A DNA stretch of 64,000 nt. Source: Octopus vulgaris. Taxonomy: Eukaryota. Of this stretch, positions 26,214 through 38,897 are shown piece after piece. The translations under genes and the position numbers were made by a program. Every line of letters starts with the position of its first letter. Position 1 is the first letter of the stretch. The stretch covers positions 56,978,001 through 57,042,000 of the forward strand of contig OX597817.1 in NCBI GenBank assembly GCA_951406725.2, read 5' to 3'. The notes beneath the pieces were generated by a model. The model was not told where the DNA came from. It saw only the letters and a program-made list of their open reading frames with translations, and ran no database searches.

Positions 26214-26214
<1 letters not shown>
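26085..26214 (-). ncRNA. Putative type I hammerhead ribozyme motif (Penelope-like), long stem II
   Basis: CTCT-CTGACGA-AGCCCAGAGAC..GTCTCTTGGCT-GAAA-CAGTTG-TA-GGATG; intact core, GUA site. Confidence 0.55.
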
Positions 26215-26244
<30 letters not shown>

Positions 26245-26358
26245 GGTGGTGGTGGTGGTATAAGTAGTAGTAGTAGTAAATACAAAAATATATATATACA
26301 TGTATATATATATATATATTATATATACATACGTATATACATATATATATATATTATG

Positions 26359-26433
<75 letters not shown>

Positions 26434-26447
26434 GTGTGTGTGTGTTG

Positions 26448-26480
<33 letters not shown>

Positions 26481-27153
26481 ATATGTATATGCATATATAT
26501 ATAAGTGTGTTTGGTGTGTGTGTATAAATCCTAAATTTTATTTTGGCACTTATGGGACCAACTGTCTTCCTAGAGTCATATTGTCGTTCAATGCTCGAAA
26601 TGAGGAGTAGATAGACAGCCGACAAATGATGAAACGTCGTTCTTTATGTTACTTGTCCTGTTTTCTATTTGCTTCTCTCGTTATTTGCGTATTGAACTCA
26701 TTTGTTTTGGTATTTCATGTTGTTTACTGTTGGTGACGTCCTGTAGCCATATATGCATGTTTGTATGTATATATATACAAAAGCACACTCTCTCTCTCTC
26801 TCTCTCTCACTTTCTCCCCATTCCTCACCCTCTTGTACTATCTCATATCTCTCTCCACCCCTACACACTCAATAATACTATAAAAAGAGACAAAAATCTG
26901 AAAAAATTCAATCTGAAGACTCCACTAGAGTGGACGCAAGCGCTAATATATGATTTATAAAAACATGTAGCATACTAATAAATATGTGTAAATATAAAAC
27001 CATCCAGATTTCTGAGTACCTTATTTCTTCTAATATATAATAGCTGTACATCATCTCCAAACCTTGTAATATATATATATATAAAGTAAAAAGTAAAAGA
27101 GTGAAAAGGATAAGTAAGTACGGTTAGGCAGCTTTTTAATCACTACAAATGTT

Positions 27154-27189
<36 letters not shown>

Positions 27190-27219
27190 TATATATATAT
27201 ATATATATGCATATATATA

Positions 27220-27256
<37 letters not shown>

Positions 27257-27481
27257 CACGAGTGTGGGTGACAGATAGAAAGAGAGAGAGAGACAGAGAG
27301 CGATATGACTTCGCTAAATTCAAAAGGAGTGTTTAAAAAAGTTCGAATTTCCATCATCGTGCGACACGGCATAACGGTGTGTGTGTGTGTGTGCGGCGCG
27401 TGTGCGCGTGTGCGCGCATGTGTGTGTAATTCGGTACTTAGATGTACATTAAGGAGTGTGTGAGAGCGTGGGTGCATGCAG

Positions 27482-27530
<49 letters not shown>

Positions 27531-27698
27531 CACATAAAGATACATATATACATGTAAATATGGACACGCACACACACACGCACACACACACGCACACACA
27601 CACACACACACACTCACACACACACACGTTCATGTGTATTTCCTCACGGATCACTGAATATAGAAAATTTCTTAAGAAACTGCTGTTTCATTACTACT

Positions 27699-27751
<53 letters not shown>

Positions 27752-27840
27752 TCTAGAATTGTTTGTAGATCATAGATTGTACATTCTCACATACACACAT
27801 GCAGTCATTGACACACACATTCCAGTAAATATGTATGAAT

Positions 27841-27881
<41 letters not shown>

Positions 27882-27912
27882 CAAATAAGTAACAAATGTG
27901 TCCACGTATTAA

Positions 27913-27999
27913 TGCGTTACGGCCGTTCCAAGCGGCTCCATTTCATCGACCAATGAAAACATTACATCAGTTTGAAGGAAACCGCTCTCCTCGGACGTA
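27913..27999 (-). ncRNA. Degenerate hammerhead-like motif (Penelope-like)
   Basis: TACGT-CCGAGGA-GAGCGG..CCGCTT-GGAA-CGGCCG-TA-ACGCA; stems kept, two core substitutions. Confidence 0.45.
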
Positions 28000-28188
28000 G
28001 ACTACCATATAGATTTCGAATATCAGGAATAAACCATTTTTTAAGCACAATTTACATCTTTGCTAGGAAACTAAAATAATTACATCATTTCTTTTAGCTA
28101 TGTTTGTGGCACAATGAATTTAGGGGGAAATGGTGCCTCAATGTAAGTAGTCATTTTAACTGAATCTTAAATTATTGTGTATTGTATG

Positions 28189-28243
<55 letters not shown>

Positions 28244-28308
28244 TATATATCGTTTGTAAAAACATAAATTCGAAAGAAGCACACTCTAAGACGTAAAGCA
28301 TTATATAT

Positions 28309-28474
28309 TTAAAATGGGGAAGACCGGTTAATGGGATTACCTTAGGTTTCCCGTCCATAAATCGTTTAGCTTAATGGCGTATCATCAGATCCCAAAACCT
28401 TGGCTTTTCAGAGCTAAACCCTTTATGGACGGGAGACCTATGGGAATCCCGTAGAATGGCCTTCCGCATTTTAA
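28309..28474. mobile_element. Palindromic MITE with ~55-bp imperfect TIRs in (TA)n
   Basis: TAAAATGGGGAAGACC..TTTCCCGTCCATAAA / TTTATGGACGGGAGA..GGCCTTCCGCATTTTA; internally deleted relative at 51944-52016. Confidence 0.7.
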
Positions 28475-28540
28475 CAAATATATATATATATATATATAGT
28501 ACAGACATGTATTTATAAACATATACACATATATACATAT

Positions 28541-28584
<44 letters not shown>

Positions 28585-28861
28585 CATACATACATCTATA
28601 AACATATATATATATATACATACACACACAAACACACACACTAACAGATTAATTTAAATGCATACATAAGTAAGAGCATGTATGAGTGTGTGTATGATAT
28701 ACATATACATATTTATTTATATACGAATATGCATTCAAACACTTATACACGCATACACTTATACATACATGCATACATGCATACATACATACATACATAC
28801 ATACATACATACATACATACATACATACATACATACATACACCGAAGCCCTTGGAGTTCCA

Positions 28862-29940
28862 AAGTGCAGCTGAAAATGTAGGTTGTGTCTTATTTCTGTA
28901 GAAGACATCAAACACGTGATTAGCAGCTGCCTTCAAAATGTCATCAATGTTTGACGCTGTCGCAAAAACAATAAGTAACGCCATTTGGAAAAAAAAAAGA
29001 CTCTCGGAATAACTGTAGAGAATCTCCACTGTTATTGAATTTCTACACAAATATCGTCACAGGGAATACTGGTGGAACATTCCCATCAAAACAGCTGTCC
29101 TCAGGCGCGTCGCGTGACTTTTACAGGCCCCTGCAACTTTTTGCTTCAAGGCCCCATCCCTTCAATGAAAATTCATAATCTATGCACCTTTTATTCATAG
29201 CTATATTTTACTTCATTCTATTTGAAGTTCAATATTTCACGTTATCCTAAAGAACATCGTTTGAAGTACAAGTGAAATATATTTAGGTCTATTACAAATT
29301 CCAGATATGTGAGTAATAAGGACCAGAGTACACAAATCTTATTTAAGTAGGGACGTTTGTGGTACAATGTAATATCTTTACAAGAACTTTTTCAGGTACA
29401 ATGTAATACCGTTTTATTTCTCGAGTTTTTCATTTAACATAGTTTAATTCTTTTTCAACATCTTAACCAAAGTAATTACACAACTCATGTACGTACTTTG
29501 ATCTTAACAAGGGGCCCTTCAACTGCAGAGGCCCCTTGCGACCGCAGGAGTTGCAAGGGCTTAGCGACGGACCTGGCTGTCCTGTTGATGTGAATATCTC
29601 TTTGAAAATCAAAGAGAAAGAAGATAGCTATGGACAACTGCTTCGAAACCTCCAGTTTCTATATCCACATTATAAATTTACATTTATACCAATACTAATT
29701 AGAGCACTTAGTTTATAAGTAAATGCCTAACTGTCCGTCTGGATAAGCTTGGATTTTCAGAAAAAGAAATCAACCAACTGACGCGCATATTACGCATACA
29801 ACCCGTAAGCGGAACAGTAAAACTATGCAAGTATTTTCATAGGTTTAAAATGCGACATTGTTATTGTTACCTACATTCTAAAGATGGGGTTTTGTGTAAT
29901 TGTTAAAAACCAACTCTTTCTTCGGAGAAAGAATTTCAAT
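28862..29940 (+). mobile_element. 3' fragment of an RLE-type non-LTR retrotransposon (R4/NeSL-like), degraded and interrupted by a MITE
   Basis: KCRLCLISVEDIKHVISSC (C-x2-C-x8-H-x4-C), EYWWNIPIKT, then CPVDVNISLKIKEKEDSYGQLLRNLQFLYPHYKFTFIPILI. Confidence 0.8.
29102..29575. mobile_element. hAT-type MITE (474 bp) with perfect 8-bp TSD
   Basis: TSD GCTGTCCT at 29094-29101 and 29576-29583; TIR CAGGCGCGTCGC / GCGACGGACCTG. Confidence 0.88.
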
Positions 29941-30127
29941 AACTAAAAACAGAAGAGAAACAGACAGACATGCATACATGCATACATACATATATACATA
30001 CACACAAACATACACATATACCTACCTACATACATAAATACATACATACATATATATACACACATACATACATACATACATACATAATACATACATACAT
30101 AATACATACATACATACATACATACAT

Positions 30128-30158
<31 letters not shown>

Positions 30159-31179
30159 TACATACATACATACATACATACATACATACATACATACATA
30201 CATACATACATACATACATACATACATCTCTTTTAATTTGATCAGCTGAAAGTAGCAGTACAAAGTTATAAGAATGTGTTCGTATTTCCCTCTCTGAGAA
30301 TTCCTCACTTCAGCTATCGCCATCTTGGAGTAAACTTCAAAATATAAAATTGTCAACAAGCCTCGTTTTGATCTGACATCATTCGAGGCGGAAAAAACGA
30401 TACTTTCCTCTGTTCAAGACTTGGAAATTCCAGAGGAATCATTCTCGAGAGATAGAGTATGGAAGGAATATAATCCGCTTCCTGAAAACCTGAACAGTAA
30501 TTTGACACAAATATTTGACGCGATTGATTACTGCAAGAACGTAAGGAAGGAAATTGGTGAAGAGGAAAATTCCTAGATTTACTTGCAAGTTGGTAAATTT
30601 AAGATCGATAACAAAACTGACTAAAGAGAGTAAGAAACTGCTGGGATTGGTTCCAGAATTCCTGCAAGAACCATTTCTTCAATGTTTGGAGATTGTTTAT
30701 AGCTCGTTCATTGTATATATATATATATATAGTGTGGTGGTGATGATGATGGCGGCGGCAGTGGTGATAGTGGATCTCCGTCGCTTAACAATGAGGATTT
30801 AATCGTACCATCAATCGAATTATCAACTCCTGACTGAACGTACAAGTGGCTGCGTATTCCACAGACACACGTACCCGTAATCCTCGGACACAATCTGCAT
30901 GACTCAGCGTGTGCGACAAAGCTCTACCTTATGAAATACAGCGACAATCAGCCCGGCGGGATTCTGTACAACTCCGTCTTCTTAATATTACTAACAAGGT
31001 ATGGGTCGACCTTAGATTATATCAGAAAAGACATTTGCTCAAAACGCCATGGAATGGGAATGAACCCAAGACCTCACGGTTACGAAGCAGGCTCCTTAAC
31101 CCCATTAGACTTTACTGCACCTACCAACAAGAACGAAAACCAAAATACAACGACCAGCAGATCGCTTTGCAACCTGGTA

Positions 31180-31512
31180 GTGTCGGGTTCAATTCTACAG
31201 CGCGGCACCTTGGCCAAGTGTCTTCTACTATAGACCTAAGCCGACCAATACCATATGGGTGAATTTGGTTGCTGAAAACTGTGTGGAAGCCCATCGTATA
31301 TATTGATATATATGAGTGTGCATGTGGGTCTTTGTGTCTGTGTCTGTCTCCCACTACCATTTGACAACCTGTGTTGGTATGTTTACGTCCCCTGTTAAAC
31401 AGTTCAGCAAAAAAGACTGATACAATAAAATTATTATTAGGGTCGATTCGTTCACTATAAACAATTCAAGGCGATGCCCCAGCATGGCCACAGTCTAAGG
31501 AATGAAACAAGC
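31180..31512 (+). mobile_element. SINE family A-related, diverged
   Basis: GGTTCAATTC..CACCTTGGCCAAGTGTCTTCTACTATAG..CCCCAGCATGGCC. Confidence 0.75.
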
Positions 31513-31882
31513 AACGAAATTTTTAAAAATGTGTATGCGTGTGTGTATGTATGCGTGTTTTTGTGTGTATGTATGTGTGCATGTGTGTGTGCGCGCGCGT
31601 ATATATATATATATATGCATTTCTGCATGTGTGTTTTTGTGTGTGTATGTAACAAGGTAATGAAATGCCACTTGACAACCGGTATTTGTTTGTTTATGTT
31701 CCCTTATCTTAGCGATTCGGCAAAGAGACCGATAGAGTATGTATCAAACTTTTAAACTGTGTAATGAGGTCGATTTGTTCAATTAAAACCCTCCAAGTCG
31801 GTGCCCCAGCATGGCCGCAGTCCAATGACTGAAACCCGCAAAAGATGCATATACAATATACAACGTCAATATATAACAAAGG

Positions 31883-32090
31883 AGGCGGCACGCTGGCAGA
31901 ATCGGTAGCGCCGAGCGAAATGCTCAACGGCACTTCGCCCGTCGCTACGTTCTCGGTTCAAATCCCGCCGAGGTCGACTTTACCTTTCAGCCTTTCGGGG
32001 TCGATAAAATAAGTACCAGTTGAGCACTGAGGTCGATGTACTCGATTTACCGCTCCTATAAAAAATTTCAAGCCTTCTGCATTTAGAAGA
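31883..32090 (+). mobile_element. SINE family B
   Basis: GGCGGCACGCTGGCAGAATCGG..GGTTCAAATCCC..GGGGTCGATAAAATAAGTACCAG. Confidence 0.8.
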
Positions 32091-32443
32091 AAGCATTACA
32101 CAAGAAATAAACAAACAAAGAAACAAAACTGAAAAGCTGGGTGCAAAGGATGTATGCTTTGGTAATTCATCTGACATCCATGTTACACGGTGGCCTGGTC
32201 CTGGCTAACAGACCGGACTGAACGTAATTCATAGAAAGATATGTATGCCTCGTGAAAGGAGAATGAAACGATTGTTGTAGCTCAACATGCGATTATAGTC
32301 ACAGCACATAAACACAATGGCCTAAGATAAATAGAATTCCTCTCGCCTCAACTCAGAAGCATAAATATATTACAATAACTGTCAAGATGTTGAACGTATT
32401 TCAAACAGGTTGTCAGATAAATTCGTTCGTTTCTTATACATAC

Positions 32444-32509
<66 letters not shown>

Positions 32510-32525
32510 GTGTGTGTGTGTGTGT

Positions 32526-32645
32526 GGCCTGCTCGCTTAGCCAGCGGGGTGGCGTCATTCGAAGGCTAAAAAAATGCGAAGCGCATTGTGACCAGCGATG
32601 TGTAGCAACATCTGATAGCCTGGTCGGTCAAGGTAATCACGGTAA
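32526..32645 (+). mobile_element. Second copy of the ~117-bp microsatellite-embedded repeat
   Basis: Matches 5942-6058. Confidence 0.7.
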
Positions 32646-32769
32646 TATTATATATATATGTTTGTGTGTGTGTGTGTGTGTGTGTGCGTATGTACATATA
32701 TAGTAGAGTAAGCACATAGATGTAAAACATGGGTGGGGAATAGTACTCGAATACCAGAGGTAGAGTAAT

Positions 32770-32848
32770 ATACTTTATTTAAAAGCAGCAAAAATATCAC
32801 TTTGAGTAATAGTTCTTGTGATATTTTTGCTGCTTTTTAATAAAGTAT
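32770..32848. repeat. 31-bp inverted repeat with a 17-nt spacer
   Basis: ATACTTTATTTAAAAGCAGCAAAAATATCAC / GTGATATTTTTGCTGCTTTTTAATAAAGTAT, one mismatch. Confidence 0.9.
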
Positions 32849-32909
32849 TTATATGTGTGTGTGTGTGTGTGTATGATGTATTATATTATATATATATATA
32901 TATATATAT

Positions 32910-32965
<56 letters not shown>

Positions 32966-32980
32966 GTAAGCAAGTATGTA

Positions 32981-33014
<34 letters not shown>

Positions 33015-33016
<2 letters not shown>

Positions 33017-33231
33017 CATAGGGGTGGGTGTATGGTAAGAAGCTTGCTTCCCAAAACCATGGTTCCAGGTTCAGTCCCACTGCGTGGTACCATGGGCAAG
33101 TGTCTTCTACTATATCCCCGGGCCGACTAAAGCTTTGTAAGTGGATTTGGTAAACGGAAACTGAAAGAAGCCCGTCGTATGTAAATATATATATATATGT
33201 ATATGTGTGTATATGTGTGTGTGCTTGTGTG

Positions 33232-33272
<41 letters not shown>

Positions 33273-33502
33273 ATGCAAGTGTATTTGTGTGTCTGTCTTT
33301 GTCCTCACCCCACCCCACCCCCACGCCATCGCTTGACAACCGATGGTGGTGTGTTTACGTCCCCGTCACTTAACGGCTCGACAAAAGAGATCGAAAGAAT
33401 GAGTACTAGGCTTACAAACAATAAGTCCTGGGCTCGATTTTTTCGACTAAAGGCGTTGCTCCAGCATGGCCGCACTCAAAATGACTGCAACAAGTAAAAG
33501 AA
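33015..33502 (+). mobile_element. SINE family A, full length
   Basis: Head, internal (GT)n and tail all present. Confidence 0.88.
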
Positions 33503-33991
33503 TTTTTTTAAAATGTGTGTGTGTGTGTGTGTATCTGTGAAATTCTTTTCATTTTAATCCCTTTCACTGTTATTTGAATTAACAAGAAAAATGTTTTTAT
33601 TGTGTGTTTATGTTGTTTTCGTAGCTCTATTCATCCACAACAACTTTTGATCATGGTTTCTTTTTTTTTTTTCTTTTTTTTTGAAATTTGAATAAACTTT
33701 GCCTCTTTTCAGACATGCGACAACGATGAGGTGCCAAGAAAAAAGGAAAAAAAGACGAACGAATTTTTCTGACAATTCAGTATGTATTGATAATAGAAGG
33801 GGTCGCATTTATTTAAAACAGTGACGAAACTTATTTCATCCTTCAACATTTAAACTGGTCAAATCCGGCCAAAATATTTGACCTGTCCTGTGGTCAAACT
33901 GGTTAGATTTGACCTCTTACATTAAAACCAACAACAGCATTCTAAAAATAAACAAATCATATCATGGAAATCTCGGAGCCATGAGATGATG

Positions 33992-34110
33992 CAGCGGGTC
34001 CCAACCTGTGGTCCACGGACCTCTGGTGTTCCGAGGACCCCTGGTCTTCCGCGGACCCTTGGTGGTCCGCAAAGATAGTATTGGGGGTCCGTGAACTAAA
34101 TTCAAAATTT
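33992..34110 (+). mobile_element. Left end of a hAT/Charlie-like element with repeated subterminal motif
   Basis: CAGCGGGTCCCAACCTGTGG followed by three imperfect copies of CCGCGGACCCCTGGT; right end not found. Confidence 0.5.
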
Positions 34111-34112
34111 CA

Positions 34113-34260
34113 GGCGCAGGAGTGGCTGTGTGGCGAGTAGCTTGCTTACCGACCTCATGGTTCCGGGTTCAGTCCCACTGCGTGGCACCTTCGGAAAGTG
34201 TTTTCGGGCTGACCAAAGCCTTATGAATGCGTTTGGTAGACGGAAACTGAAAGAAGCCAG

Positions 34261-34263
<3 letters not shown>
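34113..34263 (+). mobile_element. SINE family A, 5' half
   Basis: GGCGCAGGAGTGGCTGTGTGG..GAAACTGAAAGAAGCC. Confidence 0.85.
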
Positions 34264-34311
<48 letters not shown>

Positions 34312-34532
34312 AATGCGTGAGTGTTAATGAGGCGTTAGAAGTGCTATGTTTTAAGACTATGCCGTACAACAAAACATATCTATAGATTTTAGCCGTAACA
34401 ATGAACGACAATTAGTCGCAGGGGAAATAAAGAGGAAGAAAATCAACCCAGCTGGTTTCATTCCTGTGTTGGGACATCATCGGCAACTGAGTACGCTCGT
34501 TAACTGTACAAAGAGATAACAGCTTATAAACT

Positions 34533-34634
<102 letters not shown>

Positions 34635-34641
34635 CAGCAGC

Positions 34642-34696
<55 letters not shown>

Positions 34697-35077
34697 ATAG
34701 TAGTTAGTGTCGTGCTGCCGAAGATTTATATGTTTGGATTCGTTCGCGTCGGTCAATTTCGTGTCAGATAAACAATCGTTTTTTACATAACTTCTAGAAA
34801 TTCCAGTCGGGTGGAGATGTCGTCAGAGAGCGTGAAAATAGATTTTTCTATAATAATAATAATAATAATAATCTGCTCCACTAAAAAACACCGACACTTG
34901 GTAAATGGGACACGGTGGGGGGAGCGGGAGGGGTGGAGAGGGAGGGGGACAGATGACGGGTATTACAACACACCTAATATACATACGCACAATACACATT
35001 CACACACATTAATGTGTATGTGAGTGTATATACACATACACAGACATACATACAAATATATACATACATACATACAT

Positions 35078-35118
<41 letters not shown>

Positions 35119-35121
<3 letters not shown>

Positions 35122-35527
35122 CTTTTATTTGTTTGTCATTTGACTGCGTCCATGCTGGAGCACCGCCTTCAGTCGAACAAATCGACCCCAGGACTTCTTC
35201 TTTGTAAGCCTAGTACATATTCGATCGGTTGTCTTTTACCGAACCGCTAGGTTACGGGGACGTAAATACCTGCATGTGTTGTCAAGCGATGGTGGGAGAC
35301 AAACACAGGCACAAATGCATACATACATACACACACACACACACACGTACACACACACACACACATATATATATAAACAGGCTTCTTTCAGTTTCCGTTT
35401 GCCAAATACACCCGCGTGGATTTGTCGGCCCGAGGCTATAGTAGAAGCCCAAATTGCCACACAGTGGAACTGAACCCGGCACCATGTGGTAAGGAAGCGG
35501 GCTTCTTACCACACAGCCGCACCGGCA
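35119..35527 (-). mobile_element. SINE family A, full length
   Basis: Reverse complement of family A. Confidence 0.85.
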
Positions 35528-35804
35528 TAACTGTATGTGTGAGTAGGTGCGTGTATTTATGTGTGTGTGTGTGTGTGTGTGTCATAACGAGCCATCCATG
35601 GCCACCACTAATTACATCTGGTCTCATCTCCACAAAGTATCATTTATTTAAGATATTTCAAGAATTCAACAACTAATTAAAAATGGAAGAGTTTCGCATG
35701 TGTATATATCAGTATTTGTTCATATAGACACATACCTATATATATGCATGTGTGCTGGAGTGTATGCACACACACGTGTGTGTATGTGTGTGTGTGTGTG
35801 TGTG

Positions 35805-36094
35805 TGTGGTTAGGGCAGCAGATTCGTGGTCCTAGGATCGCAGCTTCAATTCCCAGACTGGGCGTTGTGAGTGTTTATTGAGCGAAAACACCTAAAGCTC
35901 CACGAGGCTCTGGTCGGGGGGGGGGGACCCTGCTGTACTCTTTCACCACAACTTTCTCTCACTGTTTCTTCCTGTTTCTGTTGTACCTGTATTTCAAAGG
36001 GCCGGGCCTTATCACACTCTGTGTCATGTTGAATCTCCCCCAAGAACTACGTTAAGGGTACACGTGTCTGTGGAGTGTTCAGTCGCTTGCACGT
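35805..36094 (+). mobile_element. SINE family C
   Basis: Homologous to the reverse complement of 16721-17075; 3'-truncated. Confidence 0.85.
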
Positions 36095-36227
36095 AAAAAG
36101 ATATAAATATATATATATATATATATACACAACTTATAAATAAGGGCAAACGAAAAAAATTTCTAACGCCAAATATGCCGAAAATTGGACATATTGTCCA
36201 TAACCATATAATATATATATATATATA

Positions 36228-36477
36228 TCGTTGCTGTTATGCAAAAGTGTCGTAAGTACAAAACGTTGCTCTTTCAGAAAACGAAAAAGAGTTTCACCAT
36301 TCCGTAGCAAAACTGATGTATTACACTTTGACAATTTTTGATATCTTGGCATCTGAAGAAGCTGGAGATATGATAGTTTGGTCAAAAGAGCCGGCTTTTG
36401 CAAGCGAAAATAAGTATTGAAAAAAAAATGCATTTGGCCAAATTAGGACATGCCACAGTTTAACATTATAGCAACGA
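36228..36477. mobile_element. TA-flanked MITE
   Basis: TIR TCGTTGCTGTTATG / CATTATAGCAACGA (12 of 14 match), within (TA)n. Confidence 0.5.
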
Positions 36478-37264
36478 TATATATATTTAGAGAAAGATAG
36501 TTATGGCCGGTTCCTCGGATTTATGATTTACTGACGTGATATATATGTGTGTGGTGTGTGTGTCACAACGAGATACATATGTCCACCACTAGTTACATCT
36601 CGGCTCATTTGCACATAAGTGGATACACACACACACACACACATTTACATATTCGCATGCATACATACAGTTAAACATGGGGGAAGGCTGTATGCCCTAA
36701 GCCTTCAAGGGCTTCTGAAACTAATAGGAAGTGATGAGGAGCGGGGGGGTGCACCCTCAGACTGGAATTCTGGCCCCTATTCACTGCAACAGAGTGGGCT
36801 TCGTCTGTTCCCAGGGTTAAGTCAACAACACTTGAAGGCCATGCCGGGATTTGAAAGCAGAAACACAAAGAGTCAAACACAGACACCAGAAAGCATCCGC
36901 TTCGGCCTTCTTACAATATCACCAATCCCCGCCACCTTTGATCATTACCACCTTTATCGACCCCGAAAATATGAAAGGCGAAGTTGACGTGCGCAGGAAC
37001 TGAACTCGGAGCGCAGTGGTTCGCATAAATACTGCGTGGTATACTAACCGACGCTCTAACAACTCTACCAAGTCACAAACTATCTATCTGTCGATCTCTG
37101 TATGTTCCTATCCATGTATCTATCTATCCGTCTATTTTTCTGTCTATCCATCTAGCTAGCTATCTGTCTGTCTGTCTATCTATCCATCCATCTATCTATC
37201 TATCTATCTGTCCATCTATCTATCTATCTACCTATCTATCTATCTGTCCATCTATCTATCTATA

Positions 37265-37305
<41 letters not shown>

Positions 37306-37638
37306 ATGTCTATCTATCTATCTTTCTATGTCTATATATCTATCTATCGATCTATCTAAAATTATATATATGCGTATATATGAATGTATAAATGCATGTA
37401 TGTATATATATATATATCGTCGGTCGGTCGGTCTGTCTAGCGACCTCTGTTCTATTTTTTTTTTCTCTTTCTATGTGCGTGTGCGCCCATGTGTATCAGT
37501 TTCTTTTTTTTATGTCAAGTTGTATATAAAAACTATTTAACCTTAACCTGCATGATTACGCAATACTCTTCCGTGGAGTACAAATATTTAATAAACTTTA
37601 TCAAAGGAAACGTTGAGAGTGACTTCAAATTTTCAGCT

Positions 37639-37674
<36 letters not shown>

Positions 37675-38089
37675 TTTGATTTGATTTGATCTAGTTTCAG
37701 CTCATGAGCTGTGGCCATGCTGGGGTACCACCATTTGGTGTTGCTACATAATTTTACTTCATTAATTCTTTTTAGAAATTGACGTCTGGTGCATGAAGGA
37801 GTTTTCTATATATATATGTGTGTGTGTGAGTGTAGTTAAGTCCATGTCTGGTCAAAGAGTGACCTATGGACATAGACTTACCTACATATAAATACATTAC
37901 TACTCTATATTTCAGAGTATGCTTTCGGATACAAGATACATTGACGCGATATCTATCAATCTATATATATATATATATGATATGATATGATAGGTAGACA
38001 ACAGTTGTTGATAACATTATATGTGAAGATTAACAACGGGTAAGGAAAGGAAGGAAGGAAGGAAGGAGAAGAAAGAGGCGGAGACTTAC

Positions 38090-38897
38090 CAGTTCGGATC
38101 GGACCCAGGCAAGAGCCGATTCTATCCTTTCCTTCCGTTGTTGCCATTTCTCGCCCTCCTTATTTCCCGGCTGGAACCGGAGCACCGGTGATGTCTTAAT
38201 GGTCGCGCTGTCTATAATGTCCGGTAGACTGACCGATCGACATGTTGCTATCGGGGTAAGCTTCAGGTTCGCGATCGAATCCCCCGTGCCCAATGTCGAC
38301 TTTGTAAACACGTTGCTAATGGTTTTTTTAACTTCATTAAAATCTGCTGCCTTGTTTGTAGTAGTAGTAATAGTAGAAGTGGTGGTGGAAGTAGTGGTAG
38401 TGGTATTAGAAGAAGTAGTAGTGTTAAAAGCAGCTGCAGTAGTAGTAGTTGTAGAAGTTGTAGCAGTTGTTTTTGTTGTGAATGATGCTGCGGATGATGC
38501 TGATGATGATGATGCGGATGATGCTGATAATGATAATAATGTTATTGCTGTTGTTGGTACTGTTGTTGTTTGTTGCTGTTGTTGTTTCTACTGCTGCTGC
38601 TGTTGTTGTTGTTGTTGTTGCGGGAGGAGAAGAAGGTTTAAAAATCCTTCGCATGAAGGGAATCCGTGGGTTGCGCTCGGTGATTCGCTTTCGGTGTTGT
38701 ACAGGCTGATGGTAGTGGTTGTGTTGCTGTTGTTGTTGTTGTTGTCCTTTCTGCTGTTGCTGTTGCTGTTCTTCTTGTTGTTGCTGCTGCTGCTCATTAT
38801 TATTACTATAGTGTTGTTGCTGTTGCTGTTGGTGGCCACTATCGCCATCGTCCCCTGGTTTACTCAAACCGACGGCCAACGTTACGTCTTCGCCCAT
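38090..38897 (-). CDS. Probable first coding exon of a FAM167/AARD-like protein with low-complexity Q/T/S N-terminus; contains a frame break at ~38570-38590
   Basis: ATG at 38897 in good context (AGCATGG) opens MGEDVTLAVGLSKPGDDGDSGHQQQ...RKRITERNPRIPFMRRIFKPSSPP. A second frame runs TTTVPTT...DFNEVKKTISNVFTKST...CRSVSLPD...KWQQRKERIESALAWVRSEL and stops exactly at CTG|GTAAGT (phase-0 donor). The last motif resembles FAM167A IDEAIAWLRKEL (recalled, not searched). Confidence 0.65.
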
